DNA of 64,000 nt from Macrostomum lignano (GCA_002269645.1 NIVC01000216.1:1-64000), one strand, 5' to 3'. Shown: positions 1 to 14,658, counted from the first letter of the stretch. Notes: generated from the sequence alone by a model not told the origin. Numbers and translations are program-made.

Positions 1-855
1 GAGGGCGCCAATCAAGATCTGAGGGGCACCAATCAAGATCTGAGGGCGTCAATCTAGATCTGAGGGGCGCCAATCTAGATCTGAGGGGCGTCAATCTAGA
101 TCTGAGGGGCGCCAATCAAGATCTGAGGGGCACCAATCAAGATCTGAGGGGCGTCAATCTATCTGAGGCGCCAATCTAGATCTGAGGGGCGTCAATCTAG
201 ATCTGAGGGGCGCCAATCTAGATCTGAGGGGCGCCAATCTAGATCTGAGGGGCATCAATCTAGATCTGAGGGGCACCAATCTAAATCCGATAGGCGCCAA
301 TCTAGATCTGATGGGCACCAATCTAGATCCAATAGGCACCAATCTAGATCCAATAGGCGCCAATCTAGATCTGAGGGGCGTCAATCTAGATCTGAGGGGC
401 GTCAATCTAGATCTGAGGGGCGCCAATCAAGATCTGAGGGGCGCCAATATAGATCTGAGGGGCACCAATCTAGATCTGAGGGATGCCAAACTGGATCTGA
501 GGGGCGTCAATCTAGATCTAAAGGGCGTCAATCTAGATCTGAGGGGCGTCAATCATCTGAGGGGCGATCTGAGGGGCGCCAATCAAGATCTGAGGGGCGC
601 CAATCAAGATCTGAGGGGCGCCAATATAGATCTGAGGGGCACCAATCTAGATCTGAGGGATGCCAAACTGGATCTGAGGGGCGTCAATCTAGATCTAAAG
701 GGCGTCAATCTAGATCTGAGGGGCGTCAATCTAGATCTGAGGGGCGCCAATCAAGATCTGAGGGGCGCCAATCAAGATCTGAGGGGCGCCAATCAAGATC
801 TGAGGGGCGCCAATCAAGATCTGAGGGGCGCCAATCAAGATCTGAGGGGCGCCCA
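1..855. repeat. 21-bp minisatellite (GATCTGAGGGGCGCCAATCTA/CAA), runs off the window start
   Basis: About 40 visible tandem units; explains ORFs 154-426 and 311-904. Confidence 0.95.
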
Positions 856-1246
856 TCTGAACATGAAAGTTAAAACACTAAGACAGATACATGTTGCTTT
901 GTGAAGAATTTAAGGATTAAGGAATGATGGATTTTAAAAGCTTTAATCTTCTCTGATTTTGTCTATCTGCCGAGTCATACCTCTATTGTAATTCCCCATC
1001 TGATATCCTAGGCTGGAGTCTTGCGTGAGTTCCGCATGCTGTCCACATGTATATCTCAGATATCAAACCATTGCCAAATTACAAATGCGCCACCGTCACA
1101 AATTAGACTTGCTAATTAGCTTGGCTTGTATTATACAAAACTGTGCCTGACTAACTGGAAAGTTCTATAAATAGATGCAGTCTGGGTTGGTCTCCGATTT
1201 CTCAGTGGCCCCTGTTTTGAATTAATCCTTATATGTCGCTGCGTGT

Positions 1247-1625
1247 TTGGGATCTGAGTGGCGCCATTTGGGATCTGAGTGGCGCCATTTGGGATCTGAG
1301 TGGCGCCATTTGGGATCTGAGTGGCGCCATTTGGGATCTGAGTGGCGCTATTTGGGATCTGAGTGGCGCCATTTGGGATCTGAGTGGTGCCATTTGGGAT
1401 CTGAGTGGCGCCATTTGAGATCTGAGTGGCGCCATTTGGGATCTGAGTGGCGCCATTTGGGATTTGAGTGGCGCGATTTGGGATCTGAGTGGTGCCATTT
1501 GGGATCTGAGTGGCGCCATTTGGGATCTGAGTGGTGCCATTTGGGATCTGAGTGGCGCCATTTGGGATCTGAGTGGCGCCATTTGGGATCTGAGTGACGC
1601 CAATCTGGAACGGAGGGGCGCCATC
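1247..1625. repeat. 21-bp minisatellite (GGGATCTGAGTGGCGCCATTT), related to the 1-855 array
   Basis: About 17 tandem units sharing GATCTGAG-GGCGCCA with the first array. Confidence 0.95.
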
Positions 1626-2479
1626 TACAGCTCAGAAACCGGCCATTATTATCTTCAATGTGTCAATTTTAATTCAGTAACAAAACCGTAGGACATTGGG
1701 GTGGGGGATTCAGTGAAATAAATATACGTGTAGGTATTCTAATTAGCACTTTCCAATAGTAACCAAGTGAAGCTTGAGCTTCGATGGAAGCCGAGGTACC
1801 CCGGGGCCCTAGCAATTTACCAAAAAGATCAACGCCATTGCAATAGCCCGATTTTGATTAGTTCGACTTTGGCAGTTAGAAACCAAGCATGGTTTAAGCT
1901 ATCTAGGAGAAAAATGTCAGATGACAATTGCTTTTAGAGTTGATTGATTGACAACTACGTGTATGGTTATGGTTATGCTGTTTAGGCTCATCTTACATTT
2001 ATATCGTAAGTTGGTTATAAAGATTACAGTGGATCTGTGTTGGAACTAACTAGCATAGTTTTAATTTCTTGGCTCTGCTGGAATGTAGAGAATGGGGGTT
2101 GTCCCATAACAGTTACAGTGCCTGACTGGGAGGCAAGATTCTTCAACCTTCTATCGGCATTTTCTTCCAAGCTTATGTCCGAGAAACAAGGCAAAAGCCA
2201 ATTTTTTAAAGAGTTTCTGTTCTGCAGCCGGTTCCCATGCGGCGCTGTACAAGCGGAATCAAAAATTGATACTTTGGCAAGCCTTACTGGATTAGAGCTT
2301 TGCGCTGTTGACTTCTACGAATAGAAGACTGTAGCAATTTCGTTGTAGCAGTGTGCATGTTGCAGACTTCGAGAGAAGGGGGCTGACAGACAAGATAGAG
2401 GGAGACAGGATTCTGTGGCGGGACGGGGGAACAGAAGAATGAGATACAAGGGAGGGAGACACAAGAGAAGGAGATAAGA

Positions 2480-3700
2480 CAGGGAGAAACAAGATAGGGA
2501 GACAAGACAGGGAGAGACAAGACAGAGAGAGACAAGAGAGAGAGAGACAAGAGAGGGAGAGACAAGAGAGAGAGAGACAAGAGAGGGAGAGACAAGAGAG
2601 AGAGAGAGAGACAAGAGAGGGAGAGACAAGAGAGAGAGAGAGACAAGAGAGAGAGAGACAAGAGAGAGAGAGACAAGAGAGAGAGAGACAAGAGAGAGAG
2701 AGACAAGAGAGGGAGAGACAAGAGAGAGAGAGACAAGAGAGGGAGAGACAAGAGAGAGAGAGACAAGAGAGGGAGAGAGATACAAGAGAGGGAGAGAGAG
2801 ACAAGAGAGGGAGAGACAAGAGAGGGAGAGACAAGAGAGGGAGAGACAAGAGAGAGAGAGACAAGAGAGGGAGAGACAAGAGAGAGAGAGACAAGAGAGG
2901 GAGAGACAAGAGAGAGAGAGAGAGACAAGAGAGGGAGAGAGATACAAGAGAGGGAGAGAGAGACAAGAGAGGGAGAGAGAGACAAGAGAGGGAGAGACAA
3001 GAGAGGGAGAGACAAGAGAGGGAGAGACAAGAGAGAGAGAGACAAGAGAGGGAGAGACAAGAGAGAGAGAGACAAGAGAGGGAGAGACAAGAGAGAGAGA
3101 GAGAGACAAGAGAGGAGAGAGACAAGAGAGGAGAGAGAGACAAGAGAGGAGAGAGAGACAAGAGAGGGAGAGACAAGAGAGGGAGAGACAAGAGAGGGAG
3201 AGAGATACAAGAGAGGAGAGAGAGACAAGAAGGGAGAGACAAGAGAGGAGAGAGAGACAAGAGAGGGAGAGACAAGAGAGAGAGAGAGACAAGAGAGGGA
3301 GAGACAAGAGAGGGAGAGACAAGAGAGGGAGAGACAGAGAGAGAGAGAGAGAGAGACAAGAGAGGGAGAGACAAGAGAGGGAGAGACAAGAGAGAGAGAG
3401 ACAAGAGAGGGAGAGACAAGAGAGAGAGAGACAAGAGAGGGAGAGACAAGAGAGGGAGAGACAAGAGAGAGAGAGAGAGAGACAAGAGAGGGAGAGACAA
3501 GAGAGGGAGAGACAAGAGAGGGAGAGACAAGAGAGGGAGAGACAAGAGAGAGAGAGAGAGAGAGACAAGAGAGGGAGAGACAAGAGAGGGAGAGACAAGA
3601 GAGAGAGAGACAAGAGAGGGAGAGACAAGAGAGAGAGAGACAAGAGAGGGAGAGAGATACAAGAGAGGGAGAGACAAGAGAGAGAGAGAGACAAGAGGGA
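2480..3700. repeat. GA-rich low-complexity array (GAGACAAGAGAGGGA-type units)
   Basis: Purine-only strand with periodic ACAA; source of the Leu/Ser ORFs at 2284-3720. Confidence 0.95.
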
Positions 3701-4344
3701 CAGGAGACGCAGAGACCCATAAATAGATTTAGATAGCGTCCCTATCTAAATTGAATTGCAAAATCTCATCACATCTGCCCATATGGAGGTAAATAATTAT
3801 TTATTTAGTCATATATTATGCTGCCAATGGGCGAGTGCGAGGGCGCTGGTGCAAGATTACGTAACAGATTTCTCGCTAAACCAAAAGCATTCTGCATAGC
3901 CTATTGTATTGATATAATAAGCTGTATGCAGACCCAAAGTCTATCCGCAAATTTTCTAATATCATGGTTATTTGCAGCTACGGACTCCGGATAATTTGCT
4001 AGTCGAAATTCGAGGTGATAAAAACGAATGCAAACCCTCTATGGTTTTTGAGTCGCAGTTTTACTCAAATATCGCCTGGAGGCATTCATAGCATAATAAG
4101 TTAGTAAATTCATATACCAGTAGAAGAAGGGATACAACGGTGATCTCGAACTCAACGGGAGATCACTGTGAGTTCTCTAAAACTCGGACTTAATGTTATA
4201 CCCGGTATTTAACTATAGTTTACGGATATACACTGTAGCTTAGGAAAGACTGCTGTTCTAGCTTTCAGTTTTTAGTCACACTTTTAGTGCTTTTGTGCAG
4301 TTTCTATCCAGATAGAGCAATTAGGGTTCTATAAAACCCCAGCA

Positions 4345-4540
4345 CCCCTCTCTATCTCACTTTCTAACTCCTTCTCTCTATCTCACTCTCTTCATATTCC
4401 TCTATTCTCTCTATCTAACTCTCTTTATCTTTCTCTCTTCTCTCTACTCTTTCTCACTCTTTTCATCTCTCTCTCTCATCTCTTTCTCACTCTTTTCATC
4501 TCTCTCTCTATCTCTTTCTCACTCTTTTCATCTCTCTCTC

Positions 4541-4592
<52 letters not shown>

Positions 4593-4639
4593 CTCTCTCC
4601 TCTAATCTCCTCTCTCTCATCTCTTTCTCACCTCTTTCA

Positions 4640-4705
<66 letters not shown>
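4345..4705. repeat. CT-rich microsatellite/low-complexity tract
   Basis: (CT)n with TCAT/TTTT interruptions. Confidence 0.9.
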
Positions 4706-5455
4706 CCATATAAAATCTTACTCTATCTATTGCCTCCTATCTCCCCTTATACACTCACTCCTCAGTCCCTGTAACTAAAACACTGCCTTTCCCTTTTTGT
4801 TTGCAATAACCTCACTCTCTAATTGTCTCTCTTTTTAACCTTTCTACTCTCTGCACACATCTTACCCTCCTTGGACCCCCCCTATACTCAATTAGCAATT
4901 GGCGAAATCCAACCATAGAATTAAGGTGTTCCCAAAGCATCGCGACACGGCAGGCTAATTATCCTCGGGACCATCAATGCGAAAAACAGTCAACCTTGGC
5001 CTGAGCTGCTGGTCTCAAATTCGAACGCAATGGCAATGCAAGCAAGTCAGATGCCAATGGATAGATAAGAAACCCCACAGTCAGGTCTGGTGGACTGCAT
5101 GCCCCCCTATCAATTATCACTTCAATTTCTGAGTCTAAATTCCAATTCAATTCCAGTTTTTGGATGCAAAGATTGCATTTGTGACTAAAGGGCTGATAGT
5201 AACAAAGCGAAGTATCGATTACTTCCGGCTCAGTTCCGGCTCGCTCTCTTTATTTGCATCCTGGTCTTCTGCTACTGCAGCTCTGCGTGCTGCTGTGGAG
5301 TTCTTTTAAGCTAAACTGCAAGTTGGAACACGTCACTTCCTTCCGCTGTCATTCATGCGCTCTTGCCAGGACTTACGCTTGCAGACATGGATTGTGAAAA
5401 ATACCAGGATGTGGCAACCGGATGTCTAAGGCGGGTAGCAACTAGAGAGAACTTT

Positions 5456-6003
<548 letters not shown>

Positions 6004-7509
6004 TAGAAAGATGAGACAGTTTGTTGTGTCCAAGTTCGAAATGCCTGGCTGGGACCCAGTTCAGACCTACAGGGCAATTTACACAAACGTAATCAGCAGG
6101 CCCTCCCGCCTTCCTTATCTATCTCGTAATGCTGTGCAAGGCCAGTCCAAGTCTTTGTCCATCAATCGTGGGCCCCCGGCCGTCTCAGCCCCATGAAGCG
6201 AAGCAATGCCTTCATTTCTCTTACCCTCCCCGCCACATTATTTATCTATCACGCAGTTCCCAGGCTGATAGCAGACGGGACTGCAGGTGACCAGAGACCA
6301 GAAGTAGACGGGGGGAGGACACCCAAGCCCCTGACTCGCTCCGTTGCTTCAGTTCGACAGTGAATGATGAAATTTTGAAGCCATCGAACGAATCATAGCT
6401 TCTTCTTCTATAGTTCTAGTTGAAACAGCTGGAAATCGCGGTTTCTGTTCCCTTCACCCTGTTTCCCCCCCAGTCAGAATGGATGGGATGTACGCGCTTT
6501 CACCCGCCTTTAGTTTGCGTCCCTGTCCCGTTCTTCGTAACCTCCCACCAAACACGTACATTTGGAGATGAGGTTTTTCGAGAGGCAACGGTGGAGCGGA
6601 GAGGCGATAAGGGGGGCTGTCTCAACCCCCATAGACAAAAGCTATTCAGCTTTGAATATATCGATTTTCGTGGGCGGAATCCAAGGCAGGCTCGGAGGCC
6701 TCATAGAATGAATAATTGCTCGGGTCTAGCCGCCCAACTACCCCATTCAAAAAGCGCGAAAAAGACCCAGGCCAGGTCACATACCATCTCGCTTCACCTC
6801 CCTTTCAAGGATGTATGTTATGTATGATATGAACCTATACATAACATAACATTTAGCATAACATGACAACCTTTAGCAGTGTTAAAAAATTGATGATACA
6901 CCAATAAAAACGTCAATTGATGTAAAATCATGCACATATTCGGTTCATTACTTCATTTTAGATTTTTAAAGAAATGGTTTTTTCTTGACCATAGACTATA
7001 GCAGTTAATATAGCAGTTGTTACATAATAAAATGTACAGAGTGGCATCCAGGGTAGATATAGCATAGGCCATAGACTATAGCAGTTAACACACAATGCTT
7101 ACAGCTTCTCCAGATTCCTATACAAAGGTCTCCTTGGCTCTTCAACTCGTGGGGCACGCGAGCGGGCAAGCCGCGGCCTGGTCTGGCCTGGATCCCTGAA
7201 CGCATGCAGGCCCCCAACACCCCACCCCCACACCCCAGTTGCCCGAGTAGAAACGAAAGAAAGCCCAAAAGCATTGTATAAAGGCCCGCCTCTCTGCTGT
7301 GGTGGCGACCTTGGTGTGCCTTCTAGTTTTGTTATGCCATTCTTCAGCGGGATTGATGGGGGCGGAACAGAGCTCAGGGCGCCCGCCCTTCGATTTTCCC
7401 TGCGTGTGCCAAAGGGCTATTGCTTAACCTGTAAGACATATGCGGGCTTAATGCTAAAATCTCCTGTCTCTTAGACTTCCAAGCTTCCAAGCATCTCTAT
7501 TAATTCAAT

Positions 7510-8580
7510 GGCTTCACAATCCCCCATATTCACAATCCCCAATCTTCACAATCCCCCAGCTTCACAATCCCCCATATTCACAATCCCCAATCTTCACAAT
7601 CCCACAATCCCCAAGCTTCACAATCCCCAAGCTTCACAATCCCCAAGCTTCACAATCCCCAAGCTTCACAATCCCCAAGCTTCGCAATCCCCAAGCTTCA
7701 CAATCCCCAAGCTTCACAATCCCCAAGCTTCACAATCCCCAAGCTTCACAATCCCCAAGCTTCACAATCCCCAAGCTTCACAATCCCCAAGCTTCACAAT
7801 CCCCAAGCTTCACAATCCCTTCACAATATTCACAATCCCCAAGCTTCACAATCCCAATGCTTCACAATCCCCAATCTTCACAATCCCCAAGCTTCACAAT
7901 CCCAATGCTTCACAATCCCCAAGCTTCACAATCCCAATATTCACAATCCCCAAGCTTCACAATCCCCAAGCTTCACAATCTCCAAGCTTCGCAATCCCCA
8001 ATCTTCACAATCCCCATTATTCACAATCCCCAATCTTCACAATCCCAAAGCTTCACAATCCCCAATCTTCACAATCCCCATTATTCACAATCCCCAATAT
8101 TCACAATCCTTAAGCTTCACAATCCCCAGTATTCACAATCCCCAGTATTCACAATCCCCCATATTCACAATGCCCAATCTTCACAATCCCCAATCCCAAA
8201 GCTTCACAATCCCAGAGCTTCACAATCCCCATTATTCAATCCCCAATATTCACAATCCTTAAGCTTCACAATCCCAAAGCTTCACAATCCCAAAGCTTCA
8301 CAATCCCCAAGCTTCACAATCCCAAAGCTTCACAATCCCAAAGCTTCACAATCCCAAAGCTTCACAATCCCAAAGCTTCACAATCCCAAAGCTTCACAAT
8401 CCCAAAGCTTCACAATCCCAAAGCTTCACAATCCCAAAGCTTCACAATCCCCAAGCTTCACAATCCCCAAGCTTCACAATCCCCAAGCTTCACAATCCCA
8501 AAGCTTCACAATCCCCAAGCTTCACAATCCCAAAGCTTCACAATCCCCAAGCTTCACAATCCCCAATCTTCACAATCCCT
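7510..8580. repeat. 15-16-bp minisatellite (CTTCACAATCCCCAAG)
   Basis: Visible tandem units; explains ORFs 7508-8113 and 7857-8585. Confidence 0.95.
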
Positions 8581-9227
8581 CATGAAACGTCGCAACCTCC
8601 CATAAAGCTTTGCAATCCCCGACATTCACAATCACCTAAATGAATATTAATAATGCATGCTTCCCTCAAGTCATTACGGAGGATTATGAAACTCCCCCTT
8701 GATCCCAGAATTCAAGAAGGCAAAGAAGCCCATGATGCCACGCGGTCTTCGTTGCTTCTTAAAGAAAAGATTAATAGGAATATAAAACTCTTGAAAATAA
8801 TCAGATAACGATACCAGTTTTTGTATCTCCTTGCATGCTATGAATATTTAGTCTACTGGTACTCAGTCTATAGAATTGAACCAACCAAGCCGACTAACAC
8901 CAGCTGCGCTATGGCATGCAGATGTGCGAGAACTTCCTCACCCCTTCACAGCCTATTTCATGCAGGCATAGAGCTTATTAGCCTCAGGGTGAAGCATGCT
9001 AGTAGGTGGCCCCAGCTGGCTGGAACTTGAATGAATGTTAAGAACATTTGAATGAGAATCCCTTCTGACCCTCTGACCCTCCCACCATCGTATCGCATAT
9101 GGGTTTTGATGTGTCAGATGGTGCGCAAGTGCAGTCTGCGAGGTGTGAACTTGAGGCTTGACTTGTGTTTGAGCAATAGCACAAATCATCACAAGTCTAG
9201 ATTCTTTGAGTTTGACCAAGTCTCACC

Positions 9228-10600
9228 TCATTCTCAATCTCATTAGTGAGATCTCACCCCATTCTCAATCATAATAGTGAGATCTCGTCCCATTCTCAAT
9301 CATAATAGTGAGATCTCACCCCACTCTCAATCATAATAGTGAGATCTCACCCCATTCTCAATCATAATAGTGAGATCTCGTCCCATTCTCAATCATAATA
9401 GTGAGATCTCACCCACTCTCAATCCCAATAGTGAGATCTCACCCCATTCTCAATCATAATAGTGAGATCTTATACCATTCTCAATCATAATAGTGAGATC
9501 TCAGCCCATTCTCAATCATAATAGTGAGATCTCAGCCCATTCTCAATCATAATAGTGAGATCTTATACCATTCTCAATCATAATAGTGAGATCTCACCCC
9601 ATTCTCAATCATAATAGTGAGATCTCACCCCATTCTCAATCCCAATAGTGAGATCTCATCCCATTCTCAATCATAATAGTGAGATCTCAGCCCATTCTCA
9701 ATCCCAATAGTGAGATCTCACCCCATTCTCAATCATAATAGTGAGATCTCAGCCCATTCTCAATCATAATAGTGAGATCTCGTCCCATTCTCAATCATAA
9801 TAGTGAGATCTCACCCCATTCTTAATCATAATAGTGAGATCTCGTCCCATTCTCAATCCCAATAGTGAGATCTCACCCAATTCTCAATCATAATAGTGAG
9901 ATCTCACCCATTCTCAATCCCAATAGTGAGATCTCACCCAATTCTCAATCATACTGGCGAGATCTTACCCCATTCTCAATTATATTGGCGAGATCTCACC
10001 CCATTCTCAATCATACTGGCGAGATCTCACCCCATTCTCAATCATAATAGTGAGATCTCGTCCCATTCTCAATCATAATAGTGAGATCTCACCCCATTCT
10101 CAATGCCAATAGTGAGATCTCATCCCATTCTCAATCCCAATACTGAGATCTCGTCCCATTCTCAATCATAATAGTGAGATCTCGTCCCATTCTCAATCCC
10201 AATAGTGAGATCTCATCCCATTCTCAATGCCAATAGTGAGATCTCACCCCATTCTCAATCCCAATAGTGAGATCTCATCCCATTCTCAATCCCAATAGTG
10301 AGATCTCATCCCATTCTCAATCCCAATAGTGAGATCTCATCCCATTCTCAATCCCAATAGTGAGATCTTATACCATTCTCGATCACAATAGTGAGATCTT
10401 ATACCATTCTCAATCATAATAGTGAGATCTCACCCCATTCTCAATCATAATAGTGAGATCTCAGCCCATTCTCAATCCCAATAGTGAGATCTCATCCCAT
10501 TCTCAATCATAATAGTGAGATCTTACCCCATTCTTGATCATAATCCAATGAAATCTCATTTCACTCTCAAACCCCAGATCTCTAATAGTGAGATCTCACC
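9228..10600. repeat. 31-bp minisatellite (GTGAGATCTCACCCCATTCTCAATCATAATA)
   Basis: About 43 tandem units. Confidence 0.95.
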
Positions 10601-11334
10601 GCATTCTCGATCAAAGAGAGACATGCTGTTTCATAATTAATTTCCTCATGAGACTCTTAATCCCATTCGGATCCCAAAGGGGCAGTATCAATTTTTACTG
10701 TTCACAGAAATCCCAAATGGAAAAGACACTAATCACTATGATGTTGGTGTGCGGAGCTTGCAATTCATAGCATTCACGAATGACTGCATGCGGACCCTGT
10801 TCACGCAATCAATATCCATTGTATCTCCTACCAGTCTGTCTGTCTGTCTATTTAATTCTCCCCATTCTTTTAAAATCCTAAAAACTTCCCAATCCAATGG
10901 AGGCCCACAGAGGCGGGAGGATAACCAGTAAGCATCACAACAAGCACGAAGGTGCTCTGTAGCAACTGGCACATATATTAGTAAACATCCCTATTGCCAT
11001 CCCCATAGCTATTGGTTTGGATTGTATATTTTTTTATAGTTCAATAATAATGCTGGAGTCCCCTCAGCCTCAATCCACCACGCCGCAGGGGGTCAGACGT
11101 TCAAGTCCTCCTCGTTTCGTGTTTTTTCCCAAGCTTAACAATCACTCAGGCAAAGTATTGGCCATTGCCGTGTCATTTTTCTGATTATCACTATCGCCCC
11201 CCAGTGGCAGATTTCAAAACTGCCAATCAAGATGAGTGATTGTTGCATAATTGTGGCAGAACTTTGGCATTTGTGTTGTGAAGCAACGCAGCAGATTCAC
11301 AGAGCTTATAAATAACAGTGAAGTTTTACAGACA

Positions 11335-11645
11335 ACAACAACAAAAATAATTGATTACGCCTGCCCTAATGGCCAGATGTGCAACCGACAGCTCAGCCGC
11401 AGCTATTGCGCGGCGCATCTGAAGGCTGCGTACGGCTGTTCAGTCCAAGGACTGGGGGTCCCGGGTCACCAAACCACACAGCCTCAATTACCCCAGCTAA
11501 TGCTGGCACCCATTTTACAGCTGGGTGAACTGAAGCAATGCAGAGTTAAGAGTCTTGCTCAAGGACACAAATTGTTCCAGTGAGTTGAGAATCGAACCTC
11601 CGACCTGTGGTGAGTCCGACGCTCCAACCACTAGGCTAGAACCCC
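11335..11645 (-). mobile_element. tRNA-derived CORE-type SINE
   Basis: The minus strand shows a Pol III A box (TAGCCTAGTGG, 11628-11638) and B box (GGTTCGATTC, about 11588-11597). These are followed by GTGTCCTTGAGCAAGACTCTTAAC...CTTCAGTTCACCCAGCTGTAAAATGGG, which closely resembles the MIR/CORE domain as recalled, and a (TTG)n-like tail near 11335. The 3' boundary is approximate. Confidence 0.72.
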
Positions 11646-11944
11646 CTACAGTTCTACAGAAGAAAAACAACCCTAACAATAGAAGCGAGAGTCTAGAAAA
11701 CAGAAATTTACGCCTAATTTTTGCTGCATTCGCAATTTCTCGAATTCATGTATTCTTTAACACGGCATTTAACTGCGGAGAAAGAATTTACATTCGCAGC
11801 GTTTATAACTTCTACAACAGCTGGGTTTTTTTACAGCCTTAGACTGTCTGGTTTCTATTTAGGTTGCGACCCCAACCCCTCCTCCATGGCCTCTCGGGGG
11901 ACTTTATCCATGAATTTTAGTGAAGGCTTACATTTAGGATATTT

Positions 11945-12520
11945 CTGGGATATCAATTGATGGCATGTTTCTGGGATCTCTATTGATGGGATGTTTCTGG
12001 GATCTCTATTGATGGGATGTTAATGGGATCTCTATTGATGGGATATTTCTGGGATATCTACTGATGGGATATTTCTGGGATCTCTATTCATGGGATGTTA
12101 ATGGGATCTCTATTGATGGGATATTTCTGGGATATCTACTGATGGGATATTTCTGGGATCTCTATTGATGGGATGTTAATGGGATCTCTATTGATGGGAT
12201 ATTTCTGGGATATCTACTGATGGGATATTTCTGGGATCTCTATTGATGGGATGTTAATGGGATCTCTATTGATGGGATATTTCTGGGATATCTACTGATG
12301 GGATATTTCTGGGATCTCTATTCATGGGATGTTAATGGGATCTCTATTGATGGGATATTTCTGGGATATCTACTGATGGATATTTCTGGGATCTCTATTG
12401 ATGGGATGTTAATGGGATCTCTATTGATGGGATATTTCTGGGATATCTACTGATGGGATGTTAATTGGATCTCTTTTGATGGGATGTTTCTGGGATCTCT
12501 ATATTGATGGGATGTTAATG
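11945..12520. repeat. 26-bp minisatellite (GGGATCTCTATTGATGGGATATTTCT) with a 3-unit higher-order period
   Basis: Three unit variants recur in fixed order. Confidence 0.92.
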
Positions 12521-13269
12521 GAGAAGTTACCGGAAGAATTCAATATGATTATGGTCCGACTATCTCACAGGGAACTCAAAAAGTCAGGCAGGTGGCTGTC
12601 AGAGTCATAGCGAGGCCAAAGAGATAGGAGGAGATGGGAGGGCACAGACATTCCGGCGTGGCCACTTGGGCATTAAGGGGTGCAGGGCCCAGGCATTAAA
12701 GGCATTTTCATTTCTGCTGTGTCTTCTCTCTACTAATCGTTATGCTTCATCGAACGCTGGTAGAAAATGGAGGGATTCTGTATAGGCTGTAAGCTCCCGC
12801 CTGTTTCATAACCCTTAAAGCTTCAAGCATTATATTATAATCTTTAGATGGAGGAGACTGGAGGTGAGGTGACTGCAAAGGCTTGCTATAGATAGGGTTA
12901 TAAACAGTGTGTAATTCACGCACGCGACCAAAATATCAAGACAAAGATATTATAGGGCTTTGCTTTATTGCTGGTCCGGCACTAGCGCCCCTTAGCGCCA
13001 GGTCTTTGTGTGTCTCCCCGAGTCCAAGGCTCAGCTGTTTGCGTATTTTCCTTCTCCCCTATTCGAAATTCGAACGAAAAAACTAGAATGCACTCTTAGC
13101 TCATATGGTTTGCTTGCCAAGCAAACAGTCAAACAGCTGTTTTCAATTGGCCATACCTAAGGGACAAGGGGCCAGGGATTCTATATAAAAGACACGGTGC
13201 ATTAATTTAAGAGGCATGGTAAGGGTTGGCTCTGGCTTCAGGGTGTCCTATAAACAGATTCTGGATAGC

Positions 13270-13930
13270 GTAGACAGTAGAGTGTATACAGCAGTGTAGA
13301 CAGTAGAGTGTAGACAGTAGAGTGTAGACAGTAGAGTGTAGACAGTAGTGTAGACAGTAGAGTGTAGACAGTAGAGTGTAGACAGTAGAGTGTAGACAGT
13401 AGAGTGTAGACAGTAGAGTGTAGACAGTAGAGTATAGACAGTAGAGTGTAGACAGTAGAGTGTAGACAGTAGAGTGTAGACAGTAGAGTGTAGACAGTAG
13501 AGTGTAGACAGTAGAGTGTATACAGCAGTGTAGATAAAGTAGAGTGTAGACAGTAGAGTGTAGACAGTAGAGTGTAGACAGTAGAGTGTAGACAGTAGAG
13601 TGTAGACAGTAGAGTGTAGACAGTAGAGTGTAGACAGTAGAGTGTAGACAGTAGAGTGTAGACAGTAGAGTGTAGACAGTAGAGTATAGACAGTAGAGTG
13701 TAGACAGTAGAGTATAGACAGTAGAGTGTAGACAGTAGAGTATAGACAGTAGAGTGTAGACAGTAGAGTGTAGACAGTAGAGTGTAGACAGTAGTGTAGA
13801 CAGTAGAGTGTAGACAGTAGAGTGTAGACAGTAGAGTGTAGACAGTAGAGTGTAGACAGTAGAGTGTAGACAGTAGAGTGTAGACAGTAGAGTGTAGACA
13901 GTAGAGTGTAGACAGTAGAGTGTAGACGAC
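13270..13930. repeat. 14-bp minisatellite (CAGTAGAGTGTAGA)
   Basis: About 46 units. Confidence 0.95.
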
Positions 13931-14658
13931 AGTGTAGCTAGCAAAGTGCAAACGAGGCTTCAAAATAATAACAAGAATATCTAACCCATTAGGAAATAGA
14001 AAATCAAAGAGCATTGTTTTTGTTTTCATTTTTAAGGAAGAGTTTTATCGATTGAGGCCTGATTTTAATGTAAGGGGATCAAGAGTTTTCTATGAGAATT
14101 AGGCTTTCTGTTCTTTAAGGAATTTCTTTGTGATGGTTTAAGTTCTTTCCTAGAGCGATATCGACATTTTTCAATCAGACTTCAACAGCCAATTTCTTCC
14201 TGTCCAGATGCCTGTTTCGAGGCGTCCATGATTCGTTCCCCTTTCGTGGGGATAAAGAGGCAGAGAGGGGGACAAAAACACGGCAAGACTCGAGAAGCGA
14301 AGCCAGACGATGACTCAGCCCAACCTCACGGGCATGTGGGCCCCAGCTGTGGCGCCCCAGAGCCCCAGGCGTGCCGCCTTGCTATTTAGCTAATAAATAA
14401 AAGTTCAAGCTAACGCATTTTACCTTATAGCGTTAGTAGTTTGTAAACAGAAAAATGACTAATATTTTACTTTTATAAATTAGTTGTTTACATGAAATTA
14501 AAAGTAACTTCAATTTATAGGTTTAATTTCTACAAATTTGACGTAAATATATTCAAGGGACTGCGAATGCATCCAGTCTCGTAACTTCTGATTATGAAGT
14601 ACACGTGCACTCACTCAGATATTCGTCTTCTTAGTATTGCTCAGAAAGAATCTCTCAT

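Noticed and set aside
2037-2324. About 95-codon frame open on both strands (possible terminal exon on the minus strand after CTTCTATTCGTAG)
   Set aside because: No recognisable motif, no partner exon found and composition unlike the GC-rich true exons; unsupported without RNA data.
154-3720. Pentapeptide-like or leucine-rich repeat proteins (LDLRGAN..., LSLS...)
   Set aside because: They are 21-bp and GA repeats open in several frames on both strands, with no unique flanking coding sequence or splice support.
4940-5080. Possible degenerate SINE head (minus: GTTCGAAT...CTCAGGCCAAGGTTGACT)
   Set aside because: B-box-like and Nin-like words are present but the A box and body are too degraded to support a call.
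11575-11645. Functional tRNA gene
   Set aside because: A and B boxes are present but there is no convincing acceptor stem or poly-T terminator, and it runs directly into a CORE-like SINE body.
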